Positions 29,471 through 38,856 of a stretch of DNA of 64,000 nt are shown piece after piece (position 1 is the first letter of the stretch; each line of letters begins with the position of its first letter). The notes beneath the pieces were generated by a model. That model saw only the letters and a list, made by a program, of their open reading frames with translations. It was not told the origin of the DNA and made no database searches. The stretch covers positions 64,001 to 128,000 of IMG/VR virus record IMGVR_UViG_3300037400_005024; one strand, 5' to 3'. Made by a program: the position numbers and the translations under genes. The DNA is from a virus. Its lineage: Duplodnaviria; Caudoviricetes.

Positions 29471-29557
29471 ATAAAGACTTAACAATTGTGATATTTCTGT
29501 CTTGGTCTTTAAATTTTAGTGTTACATTTCAAGATGAAGTGACATTTTTTAACTCTG

Positions 29558-30136
29558 TTATTTGATTGTAAATGTTGGGTGTTCACAGTTTATTATACCG
29601 ACGAAATAGCCAATTGCGTTTGCTTCTATACTAAACGGCCCTGATGCAACAGTAGAGCCGGATGCATCATGAGTTACTGTATAAGTGCCGTTCCAGTGGT
29701 AAGTGTAAGCTCCGATATAGTCAGTCCAATCTCCCATAAATACTTTCATCTGTGAACCTTCATTAGTAGAGGTAATATTTGTATGCACAGTGTAACCAGC
29801 CATATTAGTGTATACACGCTCAATCCGGCCTGTAAAATGTCCAGTCACCAAATTATCATTATTACTAAAAACTACACCGCATACCTCTACCTGTATATAC
29901 ACATGACCATTGGCTCCAAATGATAACCTACGCTTATAAGCTGCTCGTGTACTTCCTACTTTCATTGGCGACAGGGTGTAAATATACTCGCCTGATGTGA
30001 CATCAGACTCTGCACTGCCTGTAAAACATGGAACATAACTTGAGCCAACCTTTAAACTCGGTGAGGTTAATTTATTAGGCAATGCCAGCAGTGAATACTG
30101 TTTACCGTTTGACGCTGTAAAATTAAGTGTAGTCAT
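29558..30136 (-). CDS. Putative receptor-binding/adhesin protein, paralog of 32093-32812
   Basis: Shared N-terminal NKLTSPSLKVG..YVPC / NKITTPSIAVG..YIPL and PMKV; beta-rich. Confidence 0.5.
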   Translation of the reverse strand: MTTLNFTASNGKQYSLLALPNKLTSPSLKVGSSYVPCFTGSAESDVTSGEYIYTLSPMKVGSTRAAYKRRLSFGANGHVYIQVEVCGVVFSNNDNLVTGHFTGRIERVYTNMAGYTVHTNITSTNEGSQMKVFMGDWTDYIGAYTYHWNGTYTVTHDASGSTVASGPFSIEANAIGYFVGIINCEHPTFTIK

Positions 30137-30137
30137 A

Positions 30138-30413
30138 TTACTCCACCGTCACAAGTACACCATTAAGCATAATTCCATTTCTAAAATTATGTTTTGCCGA
30201 AACAGTTTGAGGAGTTGCTAATTTGACGTAAGTATTAGCAATGTTTGCACCATTTCCATCAGTCACGGCAGAATCAACTTGAGAGATATAAATTGATCCA
30301 GTGTTAGGGTCAGGAGTTAAATTGTTTACAGACTTGACATATTTTGTACCATCAAAAACCGCTGTACCATCTGCTGTTGGAAAAGCAAGTTGCTTAATTT
30401 CTTTTGTTGCCAT
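30138..30413 (-). CDS. Short fibre-like protein, paralog of 31807-32088
   Basis: VKSVNNLTPD fibre repeat; QTVSAKHNFRNG...LVTV; late promoter 30436-30443. Confidence 0.6.
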   Translation of the reverse strand: MATKEIKQLAFPTADGTAVFDGTKYVKSVNNLTPDPNTGSIYISQVDSAVTDGNGANIANTYVKLATPQTVSAKHNFRNGIMLNGVLVTVE

Positions 30414-30506
30414 AAATCTAAAAAAATTTTTAATATATTTATATGGTGAATGAGTACAAAATTAAAGCGTATTCTTAAAAATACGCTTATTTGTGAAAAT
30501 TAAAAA

Positions 30507-30806
30507 TTATTTTTTCATTTTACCAATAAGTGACTCAATTTTGAGAATGAGGAATTGGCCATCATCAAACTTAAAATCAAGACCATCAGTTGATGGAAAC
30601 ACTACAGTATCACCTTTTCGATATTCTGTACTTTCACCTATTGAAATAATAGTACCTGTTACTGGTCTTGAATCCATCATAGTTTTTGATAAACCAATAA
30701 CAATACCTAATTTTGTTTCTTCAATTGGATCGGGAATTACTGGTTTAACTAAACAGTACTTTTTGCCTGCAACGAATTTTTCTGAATTACCACTCATAAT
30801 ATGCAT
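30507..30806 (-). CDS. groES: GroES/Cpn10-like co-chaperonin
   Basis: LVKP..EETKLGIVI, GTIISIG, KGDTVVF, FLILK. Confidence 0.8.
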   Translation of the reverse strand: MHIMSGNSEKFVAGKKYCLVKPVIPDPIEETKLGIVIGLSKTMMDSRPVTGTIISIGESTEYRKGDTVVFPSTDGLDFKFDDGQFLILKIESLIGKMKK

Positions 30807-30830
30807 TTTACGTATCCTCTAAATTATAAA

Positions 30831-31073
30831 TTATTCTGGCTTTACTTTTCTAGGTCTACCACGACGTTTTACTGCCTTCTTTTCGGTGTTAACAGAATCT
30901 GCAGTCTTCTTAACTGTCTTTGTTAATTTTAAAGCATTAACTTCAACGTTTTGAGAAGTTTGAACTTCTTCAGACTTCTGTTCAGAAGTTTCATGAACTT
31001 CAACATGAACTGGTTTACGTACCTTAGAGATAAGTGACTTTATAAAATCAACAATTATATTTAAAATTTTCAT
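30831..31073 (-). CDS. Small basic protein with AT-hook (RRGRPRK)
   Basis: AT-hook motif; late promoter 31132-31139. Confidence 0.6.
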   Translation of the reverse strand: MKILNIIVDFIKSLISKVRKPVHVEVHETSEQKSEEVQTSQNVEVNALKLTKTVKKTADSVNTEKKAVKRRGRPRKVKPE

Positions 31074-31138
31074 TAAACACTCTCGGTTGTTAAAACATTG
31101 TTCATTTTAGAACAATAGAAATTTTCAAATATATTTAT

Positions 31139-31770
31139 ACAAAACTAACAGATAAAAATATGAACCTTTAGGTTTATATACAGCCGTTGATTTTATATAA
31201 AGTCATATAAAAATATGACTTTTAAAAACTTTTAAATTTTCTTTTTAATCTTCTTTAAAATCTTTTCTTTATTTAAAGGCTTTTCATAAATTTTAACATC
31301 TTTTAAATCATAAAAATTGTGTAATGTGTCTTCTATAACAAAGTATAAGTTTAAAACACCTCCAGAATGAACTGCTAAAAAACCACCAGTTTCTGATAAT
31401 TGATGTTTAACAGCGTGTTCTAAACAGCGCTGAGCAGTATTTTTAAGTTCTTGAATATCTGGAATGTACTCTTTAAAATCAGAAGTCCAGTACTTCCAAT
31501 TTAGTGCTTTCATTGCTTTCTCAACACGCCCAAAGTCAAATTCTTCTAAAATATTTTTAATCTGTTGTGTATAATTAAAGTTTCCTTCTAAAACAAGAAG
31601 TTTTGAAGACTCATTAGAATGGTCGTACTTAATATCAAATTTAATTTCTTTCATAGTTTTATTCCTCTTTTAAATATTATAACAACTTTTCTTTAATTGT
31701 TCTATATGTCCAAAAATTACATTTTTGAAATGTTTAGAAGCTATTGGCTTAAAGGTCAATAGTAGTTCAT
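31139..31770 (+). mobile_element. IS200/IS605-derived shell (left end 31139-31200, right end about 31730-31770) enclosing a phage gene
   Basis: TTTAT|ACAAAACTAACAGATAAAAATATGAACCTTTAGGT matches the 29470 left end; CTATTGGCTTAAAGGTCAATAGTAGTTCAT matches the tnpB right end. Confidence 0.7.
31232..31654 (-). CDS. Hypothetical phage protein
   Basis: GAGGA RBS; own middle-type motif at 31676-31715. Confidence 0.75.
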   Translation of the reverse strand: MKEIKFDIKYDHSNESSKLLVLEGNFNYTQQIKNILEEFDFGRVEKAMKALNWKYWTSDFKEYIPDIQELKNTAQRCLEHAVKHQLSETGGFLAVHSGGVLNLYFVIEDTLHNFYDLKDVKIYEKPLNKEKILKKIKKKI

Positions 31771-31806
31771 ATAAATAATTAAAATCTTCAAGAAAATTTT
31801 AATATT

Positions 31807-32088
31807 GTGGCCACTAAAAATATAAAGAAAATTCTTTTAAATAAAGACGGGAATAATTTTGTTGCTGATATCGAAGATATAGAAAACAGAATTACTCAAA
31901 ATAATTCTAATTTAGAAACAGCTAAACAAGAACTGTCTAATAAATGTAATGAAGCTTTAAGTGCAGCTAACAATGCTAATAATAATGCTAATAGTAGAGT
32001 ACATTTAACTTCGGCACAAACAATAACAGCACAGCATAATTTTAGTAATGGTGTTAATATATCAGGATATTTAGTAACAATAGGATAA
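31807..32088 (+). CDS. Short coiled-coil fibre-like protein
   Basis: Late promoter 31770-31777; QTITAQHNFSNG...LVTIG. Confidence 0.6.
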   Translation: MATKNIKKILLNKDGNNFVADIEDIENRITQNNSNLETAKQELSNKCNEALSAANNANNNANSRVHLTSAQTITAQHNFSNGVNISGYLVTIG

Positions 32089-32092
32089 GATA

Positions 32093-32812
32093 ATGGCAAC
32101 CATTAAAATTCCCTATGGTGGTACAACTTATCCACTGTTCATGAACGGTAATAAGATTACCACACCTAGTATTGCAGTAGGAGGACAGGGTTATATACCT
32201 TTATGTGAAGGAGGTAATATAGGTGACCCCGTGTTACTTTGGGGACAGCATGTCTTAAAGAAAGCTCCTATGAAAGTAGCAGGTAATGGTACTTGGTATA
32301 GACCTACTTGGTTACATGGTACATTAGGTAGTGCTACCTGTGATGTTTATTATAAGGCTTCTTATACTCTGCATGAAGGTACTCAAGTTGTTACAGTATG
32401 TACTGCATATAATCAGTATGGTCAGTGTATTTCTTGGGGTAACCAAACCCAGTATAGATACTATTGGGATACTAATAGTAATATTCACATTAATAACTTC
32501 GCTATTGCTAATGGTGATATGCGTATAGTAATGAGTAACTTTACTTGTAATGGTCATAATGTATTAAATACATGGGCTGGTTGGTATAGTACTAATAGTG
32601 GCTGGGGTGGTTGGACAACAAATCGATGGTCTAATTATCCGGGTAAGGCAGGATATACTTTAAATACATCAGCTTCCGGTTCTTATTCATTACAGATTAA
32701 TATTAATGGTACATGGGTTACTATTAAAACAGGAACAGCTTCATGTAGCTTTAGTGTTCCTATTAATAATGAGAACCAACAGATGGTAAGAGTGGCTTTG
32801 AATTTATCATGA
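32093..32812 (+). CDS. Putative adhesin/receptor-binding protein (Gly/Trp/Tyr-rich)
   Basis: Composition like gp38-type adhesins; paralog of 29558-30136. Confidence 0.5.
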   Translation: MATIKIPYGGTTYPLFMNGNKITTPSIAVGGQGYIPLCEGGNIGDPVLLWGQHVLKKAPMKVAGNGTWYRPTWLHGTLGSATCDVYYKASYTLHEGTQVVTVCTAYNQYGQCISWGNQTQYRYYWDTNSNIHINNFAIANGDMRIVMSNFTCNGHNVLNTWAGWYSTNSGWGGWTTNRWSNYPGKAGYTLNTSASGSYSLQININGTWVTIKTGTASCSFSVPINNENQQMVRVALNLS

Positions 32813-34299
32813 TGAAAGTATACATTAATATTACAGAAGCAGCTTCAGAAGATACTTTAAAAGCCTTTAAAGCTGCTTTCTTTTATTTAAATAAAAAGCA
32901 TCAGTATTCTTTTACTAAAGAAGAAAATACTGATATTACTATTAACTTAACTACACAATTCTTTCCTTTAAAGAGTTTAGATAATTATCTAGATTCTTAT
33001 AAAGATAAAGAACTGACTTTAACAGAAGATTCTCCTTTAGTCTTTAAGGGATCTGTATACATAGAGAAACCTCAAGATAAGCATTTTATTTGGTTCCCTA
33101 AACCTATAGATAATTTATTAGATATAGTAGAGATCAATAAAGATAATGCTAGTTATTTATCTAACTTAGCTTATGTCTATATGTTTGGTTCCATAGCAAA
33201 TAGTAACCAAAAATACTTAAATAAGTGTGAAGGAATATTAAAGCTTATTTATCCAAATATCTTTTCTAACTATAAGTTATCCCTTTCAGGTATAGAATTA
33301 GTTACAGCTAAAGCATATGGAATACAGCTTATATATGATAAGTTAGGTGTACTAGCTAAGCCATCTAATAGAAGCCTAATCAATAAGAATATCTGCTTTG
33401 CGTGCGTTACTTCAATAGAATACACAGAACCCACTTATGTATTCTTACATAGTATGTTTGCTTTTAATGATATTAAGATCTTTAAAGTTTACTATGTTAA
33501 TGGAACCGAGAAAGCAGTAAAAGAGTTGCAAGAAAGATACAGTAAGATCTCTCCTAATATAGAGGTAATTCAGTACTCTTATCATACTAAAGCTAAAACA
33601 AAGTTACATTTTAATAGAGATTATGTAGATAGTAAGATGAGCATCTTAGATGAGCTTACTCCTAATTATGATCTAACAGTTATGTGTGACTGTGATATGC
33701 TATGCCAAGGTAACCTCAAGAGTACTCTATTAACAGCTAGTATTTCACAAGGTAATATCTTTGGTAGCAGGGATATCTTAGCAATACACGGAGCTACCTT
33801 AATTAATTGTTTTAAGTATATTAATGGTGGCTTTATTATTTATAAGAAAGGTAATTATCATTTTAAAGATCTGTACTATAAATGGAAGATTACACCTCAT
33901 AAGGGTGATGTAGGATTCTATAACGAACAGGACTTTATTAACTATACTTTCTATAAACAGATTACATACCTCTTAGATATAAATAACTTTACTGCTCATC
34001 ATAGATCTGTAACCAGTAAAGCTTCTCCTATTATCTATCACTATTGTGGTCCTACTAAACCATACCAAAATGTAAGGAATGAGCACTGCAATACTGTTCA
34101 TAAAGTAATTCAAGGATACATTACTGCAAGTATACCTGAGACTATGTTTTTTACTTTGTATTATAATTATGTAGATACAATTAAAGAAAACTTAGACCCT
34201 ATATTTTTAAAAATTATTGATTATTTAAAACACAGTAGTGAATTAAATAGATATAATAATTTAGTTCTTAAATATAACTTAATTAAACTAGGAATTTAA
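32809..34299 (+). CDS. GT8-like glycosyltransferase with N-terminal extension
   Basis: DCD, INGGF, EQDFIN, HYCGPTKPY. Confidence 0.85.
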   Translation: MMKVYINITEAASEDTLKAFKAAFFYLNKKHQYSFTKEENTDITINLTTQFFPLKSLDNYLDSYKDKELTLTEDSPLVFKGSVYIEKPQDKHFIWFPKPIDNLLDIVEINKDNASYLSNLAYVYMFGSIANSNQKYLNKCEGILKLIYPNIFSNYKLSLSGIELVTAKAYGIQLIYDKLGVLAKPSNRSLINKNICFACVTSIEYTEPTYVFLHSMFAFNDIKIFKVYYVNGTEKAVKELQERYSKISPNIEVIQYSYHTKAKTKLHFNRDYVDSKMSILDELTPNYDLTVMCDCDMLCQGNLKSTLLTASISQGNIFGSRDILAIHGATLINCFKYINGGFIIYKKGNYHFKDLYYKWKITPHKGDVGFYNEQDFINYTFYKQITYLLDINNFTAHHRSVTSKASPIIYHYCGPTKPYQNVRNEHCNTVHKVIQGYITASIPETMFFTLYYNYVDTIKENLDPIFLKIIDYLKHSSELNRYNNLVLKYNLIKLGI

Positions 34300-34300
34300 T

Positions 34301-35272
34301 ATGGATATGAATATTTCATACTTATCTGCTAAATGGTGTTCTAACGAAAAACAAGCCATCCTCTTTGAAGGTTTGATTGTTGAAGGCGAGGACTTTGGCA
34401 ACTTTATTGCAGATACTACTACTGATATTGGTAAAGCTTTATTACAATATGTTAAAGCTCATGGTTGTAGTATTACTGAAGTACAACAAGTAGATATTGC
34501 TCCAAGTATCAATATCTCTCAGAACCAAGCAATTAAGAATATTACTTCTTGGTTCTATAACTATGTAGATACTCAAGCACAGACCAAAACATATGCTAAT
34601 GCAGATAACTGTATTTCTTATTTATTCTCTACTAATGAGACATATAAAAAAGAAGCCAATGTGTTTTTAAAGTGGCGTGATAACGCTACAGCTATTCTTA
34701 ATCAATTTATTGAAGACTTTAAGCTTGGTAAGATTTCTATTTTAGATTTTAATACCGAAAATTTATTAAAGAAACTTCCTCCATTTAATTGGGTAGCTAG
34801 TGATAGTTTATATGCTGATTTAGAGTCTTTCCTGCAGGATACAGCAGTACAAGAAGATACTTTCTTAGATAAGAAAGCTGCTAAATACAATGATATTAAA
34901 AAAGAATATTTACGTCTTAAAGGGTTAAATTGTACTGATACTTATTTTAATTCTAGTGTGCAGAATCTATATATTAATGGTGATCTGCAGGCTAAAGTAA
35001 ATATTGAGGCTCTTCTAGCTACAGCAGATAACACTGAGAAGATTCATTTTAGAGCCTATAGTAATTTCTGGGTAGATCTAACTAAGAGTGAGCTACAGAC
35101 TATTTATAAAGAGTTACTACAGAATCAGATATACCTAACTAATCAATATTGGGAAAAGTCTCAGCGAGTTATGGAAAGTGAATCCGAAGGTGAACTAGCC
35201 AAGATAGATACATCTTTTGAGATGGCATATTTCGGATCAAGGGCTAAAGAAAGCGATTTAAGATCGGAGTAG
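34301..35272 (+). CDS. Tail-fibre assembly-type protein (C-terminal domain paralogous to 24736-25254)
   Basis: INGD..A..NI, FRAYSN, ELxxIxxFEMxxF shared with the 172-aa protein. Confidence 0.7.
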   Translation: MDMNISYLSAKWCSNEKQAILFEGLIVEGEDFGNFIADTTTDIGKALLQYVKAHGCSITEVQQVDIAPSINISQNQAIKNITSWFYNYVDTQAQTKTYANADNCISYLFSTNETYKKEANVFLKWRDNATAILNQFIEDFKLGKISILDFNTENLLKKLPPFNWVASDSLYADLESFLQDTAVQEDTFLDKKAAKYNDIKKEYLRLKGLNCTDTYFNSSVQNLYINGDLQAKVNIEALLATADNTEKIHFRAYSNFWVDLTKSELQTIYKELLQNQIYLTNQYWEKSQRVMESESEGELAKIDTSFEMAYFGSRAKESDLRSE

Positions 35273-35275
35273 TAA

Positions 35276-36118
35276 ATGTCTTGTGAAGTAAAACAATTAG
35301 TATTAAGTCCTGTCTTAACTACAAGATGTAATTTAAGATGTAACTATTGTGGTTATGGCTGTTCTTCTAAGAATAGTAACTTTGATGCAGACCCAGAGAA
35401 AGTAGTTAAAGGATTTGCTCATTTACATTCTCTTAGGGAAAAATATAAGGGAGACTATAAGGTAGTATTAGGCTTACTGGGAGGTGAGCCTTTACTATAT
35501 CCTCATCTTATAGAAATAATGACTTATGTACATGACCATTTACCACTATTTAATAGAGATATAGTTACTAATGGTCTTATGGCTCCTAAGATGTCTAATA
35601 AGCTTATAGACGCTATTCTAGCTAATGATTATCAGTTAGATATTAGTAGATATAATTTACCTAATTATGACTATGATAAGTTAACTAGATACCTAACTTC
35701 ATTAGGAATTAAATGGAGCTATAATCATTCTCCTATGCAGGAGTTAGATGTAAAACAAATACCTGGAGTTCATTCATGGTTCCACCATCATTACTATATA
35801 TTAAATGGTCAGGTTCGTCCTGAAGGTTGGACTGCTGCCGACTGCAGAGTTTTTCTTAAAGGTATGACTTGTGTGCCTTTATGGGAAGATAAGTTATATA
35901 CTTGTAGTAATGTATTTGAAGTACAGAATATGCAATGGTCAGATAAAACTCATATGGATATACCTATTGTAAAAGGTAGTGAGTTGTTTAATATATCTGA
36001 CTTTAAATCTATAGAAGATATACTAGCTGTATTAAATACTAAGTATGCTTTCTGCGACCATTGTGTTGAGGGAGATTTAGTTCCATGGTCAACTAATATT
36101 AAAGTTAAGAGTATCTAA
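35276..36118 (+). CDS. Radical SAM protein
   Basis: CNLRCNYC, GGEPLL, TNG, C-terminal Cys residues (CDHC). Confidence 0.92.
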   Translation: MSCEVKQLVLSPVLTTRCNLRCNYCGYGCSSKNSNFDADPEKVVKGFAHLHSLREKYKGDYKVVLGLLGGEPLLYPHLIEIMTYVHDHLPLFNRDIVTNGLMAPKMSNKLIDAILANDYQLDISRYNLPNYDYDKLTRYLTSLGIKWSYNHSPMQELDVKQIPGVHSWFHHHYYILNGQVRPEGWTAADCRVFLKGMTCVPLWEDKLYTCSNVFEVQNMQWSDKTHMDIPIVKGSELFNISDFKSIEDILAVLNTKYAFCDHCVEGDLVPWSTNIKVKSI

Positions 36119-37098
36119 TGAAAGTATTATATTCAAGTATTGCTGTAGGTAAGATGTATGGGTGGTTTGCTTATAATTGCCTATCATCTTTTAAAGAGTT
36201 AAATACTGAACCAGTAGACTGGGAAATACAGACTGATTCTAATGAATCTATAGAATATTTTAAAAAACTACTATCTCCTTTAGAAGATAAGAATCTTCAT
36301 TTTATATATTCTTTAATGCCTCAGGCTTATAAAGAAGTGGATGTTAATAAATACGTTACTTTAGGTTGGGCTTCCTATAAATCTGCTTGTTTTTTTATAG
36401 ATAGAATTAAACATATAGAAGATTTAAAGAATCAAGGTAAATATAACATATTAGTTACAGTGGATTTTGATTCAATATTTAGAAGAGACCCTTCAGAATT
36501 AGTTAAGGCTTTTATAGAGAGTAATAAAACTTATGGAGGAGCCAGAGAACCATATGATATTGTTACTAGCTATAAAATGTTTAATAATGGTCAATATTTA
36601 AAAACAGATAAAACTTTTAAGTATGAGTCTTATTTTAATTTAGGTATGGGTTTTTTAAACTTAAGAAAATTACCTGATAATATTTGGAATACTTTTAAAG
36701 AAATGTCTAAAGATTGTGAGGAATTATTTAATGTACAAGACCAATCATTTTTTTGCTATTTAATACCTGAAGAAGAAAAATGCATTTTAGATGACGCCCA
36801 ATTAGTAGTACATTTACTATGGAAAAAAGAATATAGAATTAAGCGTAACCCTTATTTAATACATTTTTCCCCTGATGTTCATCTAATGTTTGAAAGATTT
36901 AATATTAATAACATTAATCCGCGGCATATACTTAAAATAAAGTATTACTATTTATTTGCTAAGTATGCTCTACAAAATAAGCACTTATTACCAGATAAAG
37001 TAATTGATAATATTAAATATAATTTATGTTTTATTAAATTTATATACAAAAATAAAGCATATGCTATAAAGATTCTAGAAGACCTCTATAAGATATAA
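36118..37098 (+). CDS. GT8-like glycosyltransferase
   Basis: DFD, YFNLGM..LNL, QDQSFF, IHF. Confidence 0.8.
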   Translation: MKVLYSSIAVGKMYGWFAYNCLSSFKELNTEPVDWEIQTDSNESIEYFKKLLSPLEDKNLHFIYSLMPQAYKEVDVNKYVTLGWASYKSACFFIDRIKHIEDLKNQGKYNILVTVDFDSIFRRDPSELVKAFIESNKTYGGAREPYDIVTSYKMFNNGQYLKTDKTFKYESYFNLGMGFLNLRKLPDNIWNTFKEMSKDCEELFNVQDQSFFCYLIPEEEKCILDDAQLVVHLLWKKEYRIKRNPYLIHFSPDVHLMFERFNINNINPRHILKIKYYYLFAKYALQNKHLLPDKVIDNIKYNLCFIKFIYKNKAYAIKILEDLYKI

Positions 37099-37224
37099 TC
37101 TTCCTTTCTAATACGCTTAATTGTATGTGGTATCCATTTATATTGTTTGGTTACATCTATTAGTTAAGATGACATCCAGTTTAAGTTTGCCTTGTTTATA
37201 GTATTCTAAATTGAATTTATCCAT
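37086..37224 (-). pseudogene. Internally deleted radical SAM gene remnant
   Basis: MDKFNLEYYKQGKLKLDVILTNRCNQ breaks after the first cluster Cys; a shifted frame gives QYKWIPHTIKRIRKEDYIL*. Confidence 0.5.
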
Positions 37225-37907
37225 TGAATTTCCCTTAATATAATATCTTTATCTAATAGAGGAACACCAAAACCTTTAAAGTTATAACATACATCACTCT
37301 GATAGTTATCCTTAACATTCCATAGAGCTTTAATCTCTGATGTCTTAATAGGTACTGAAGCCAACATAGCTTTATGAATACCATTATCAATACAATGCTG
37401 TATATCCTGCTCTAAATGACTGACAGGATAAAGCTGATAGGTACCACCATTATAGAAATTAAAGTTACCATGTATAAAATCATATACCATTCCTTTTCTA
37501 GCTTTAGAACCAAAGGTCATACCTAAATACATAATATATAAATCAGTATTTAGTTTCTCACATACCTTTTCCATTAAGGTATTAAAGTACAATCTATTCT
37601 GACCATAGTCGGTAGTAGGATTAAGAGTATCATTAGAAGAAATAATTACCATTGTCTTAATACTCTTAAAGTATTTAATAATATTTCTAGCTAATGATAA
37701 ACAATTATCTAGATCTGTAAGAGGGTCTTTATTAGCTAAGTATTTAACTCCAGAAGGTGCAGCTATAACTAATTTTTCTACATCTATTGGTTCTAAAATA
37801 CTATTCCAATTCTTACTATTTAGTTTTAAATTAAATTGGTCTTGGTTCAGAGAAGAACCTATGAAACCTGTATAACCAATCAATACATTCATTCTAAATT
37901 TCCTCAA
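37206..37907 (-). CDS. NAD-dependent epimerase/dehydratase-like protein
   Basis: IGYTGFIGS, AAPSGVKYLAN, YGQNR. Confidence 0.8.
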   Translation of the reverse strand: MRKFRMNVLIGYTGFIGSSLNQDQFNLKLNSKNWNSILEPIDVEKLVIAAPSGVKYLANKDPLTDLDNCLSLARNIIKYFKSIKTMVIISSNDTLNPTTDYGQNRLYFNTLMEKVCEKLNTDLYIMYLGMTFGSKARKGMVYDFIHGNFNFYNGGTYQLYPVSHLEQDIQHCIDNGIHKAMLASVPIKTSEIKALWNVKDNYQSDVCYNFKGFGVPLLDKDIILREIQWINSI

Positions 37908-38856
37908 TTTGGTTTAAAATGTCAAATATATTAGTTAGTTTACCTGAAAATACAGACCAAATATTGTTATACTTAGTTATGCTAGCTTCTCTAGAATTAG
38001 TTAAAACGTATTTTTCTACGGTATCTATCTGGATAAGTTCAGCTTCTAATTCTGGAATATAAACTTTCATTAAGTCTAAACTTTTATTCCAAACGTTTTC
38101 TGTTTCAAGATTAAATTTATTAGTCAACAACTTATAATCTTTTAAAGAGATAGAACTCCAGAAATCACCATCTACTACAGCATGACAGTCTTTAGGAAGA
38201 TTATCTCTGAACTTAATTACAGGAATCTTGTAATTATTGAAACTAGGAACTTGATATCCTAGGTCTTTTAAGAATTTGAAGTTATTTCCATACGATGCAA
38301 GAATAAGTTTATCTACTGTAATAGGATTATTAAAAGTTAAATCAATTTTAATTTCAGAACCATTTTCTGTTATTCTTGAAACATAATCTTTAATAAAAGT
38401 AATATTGGAGTGATTTTTACATTGCAAAATTAAATTAGAAAGTAACTCAGAAGTGTTGATGCTGAATTCATTAGTCTTCAGAATACCTTGAACTGAGTTA
38501 GAGTTTATATAATCTAACTTTACTTCTTTTGTTTTTAAACCATTATCTTTGCAAATTTTCTTATAAGAATCAAAGTCTACTTTAGAGTTTTTATCTATCA
38601 GATAATAAGAATTAAATTCTGAATAAATATAAGGTTTAAAAATCTTAAAGAATTTAGTGAAATTTCTAGTGCATGATAAAAGGTCTTTAATAGATCTTAC
38701 ATAGAACATTCCACTATGTAGTCTAGCTTGACAATGCAACGTTGCTGAACTTTTATCTTCTGGATCTATCAATGTTACTTTATGGCCTTTATTAGCTAAT
38801 TTTAAAGCTATATATGATCCATAAAATCCAGCTCCTACAACAACGATATTTGACAT
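37894..38856 (-). CDS. FAD-dependent oxidoreductase
   Basis: VVGAGFYG, QARLHSGMFY, SGKL. Confidence 0.85.
   Translation of the reverse strand: MSNIVVVGAGFYGSYIALKLANKGHKVTLIDPEDKSSATLHCQARLHSGMFYVRSIKDLLSCTRNFTKFFKIFKPYIYSEFNSYYLIDKNSKVDFDSYKKICKDNGLKTKEVKLDYINSNSVQGILKTNEFSINTSELLSNLILQCKNHSNITFIKDYVSRITENGSEIKIDLTFNNPITVDKLILASYGNNFKFLKDLGYQVPSFNNYKIPVIKFRDNLPKDCHAVVDGDFWSSISLKDYKLLTNKFNLETENVWNKSLDLMKVYIPELEAELIQIDTVEKYVLTNSREASITKYNNIWSVFSGKLTNIFDILNQIEEI

Noticed and set aside
27875-31770. Repeats as a CRISPR array
   Set aside because: Not regularly interspaced; explained as IS200/IS605 ends and omega-RNA
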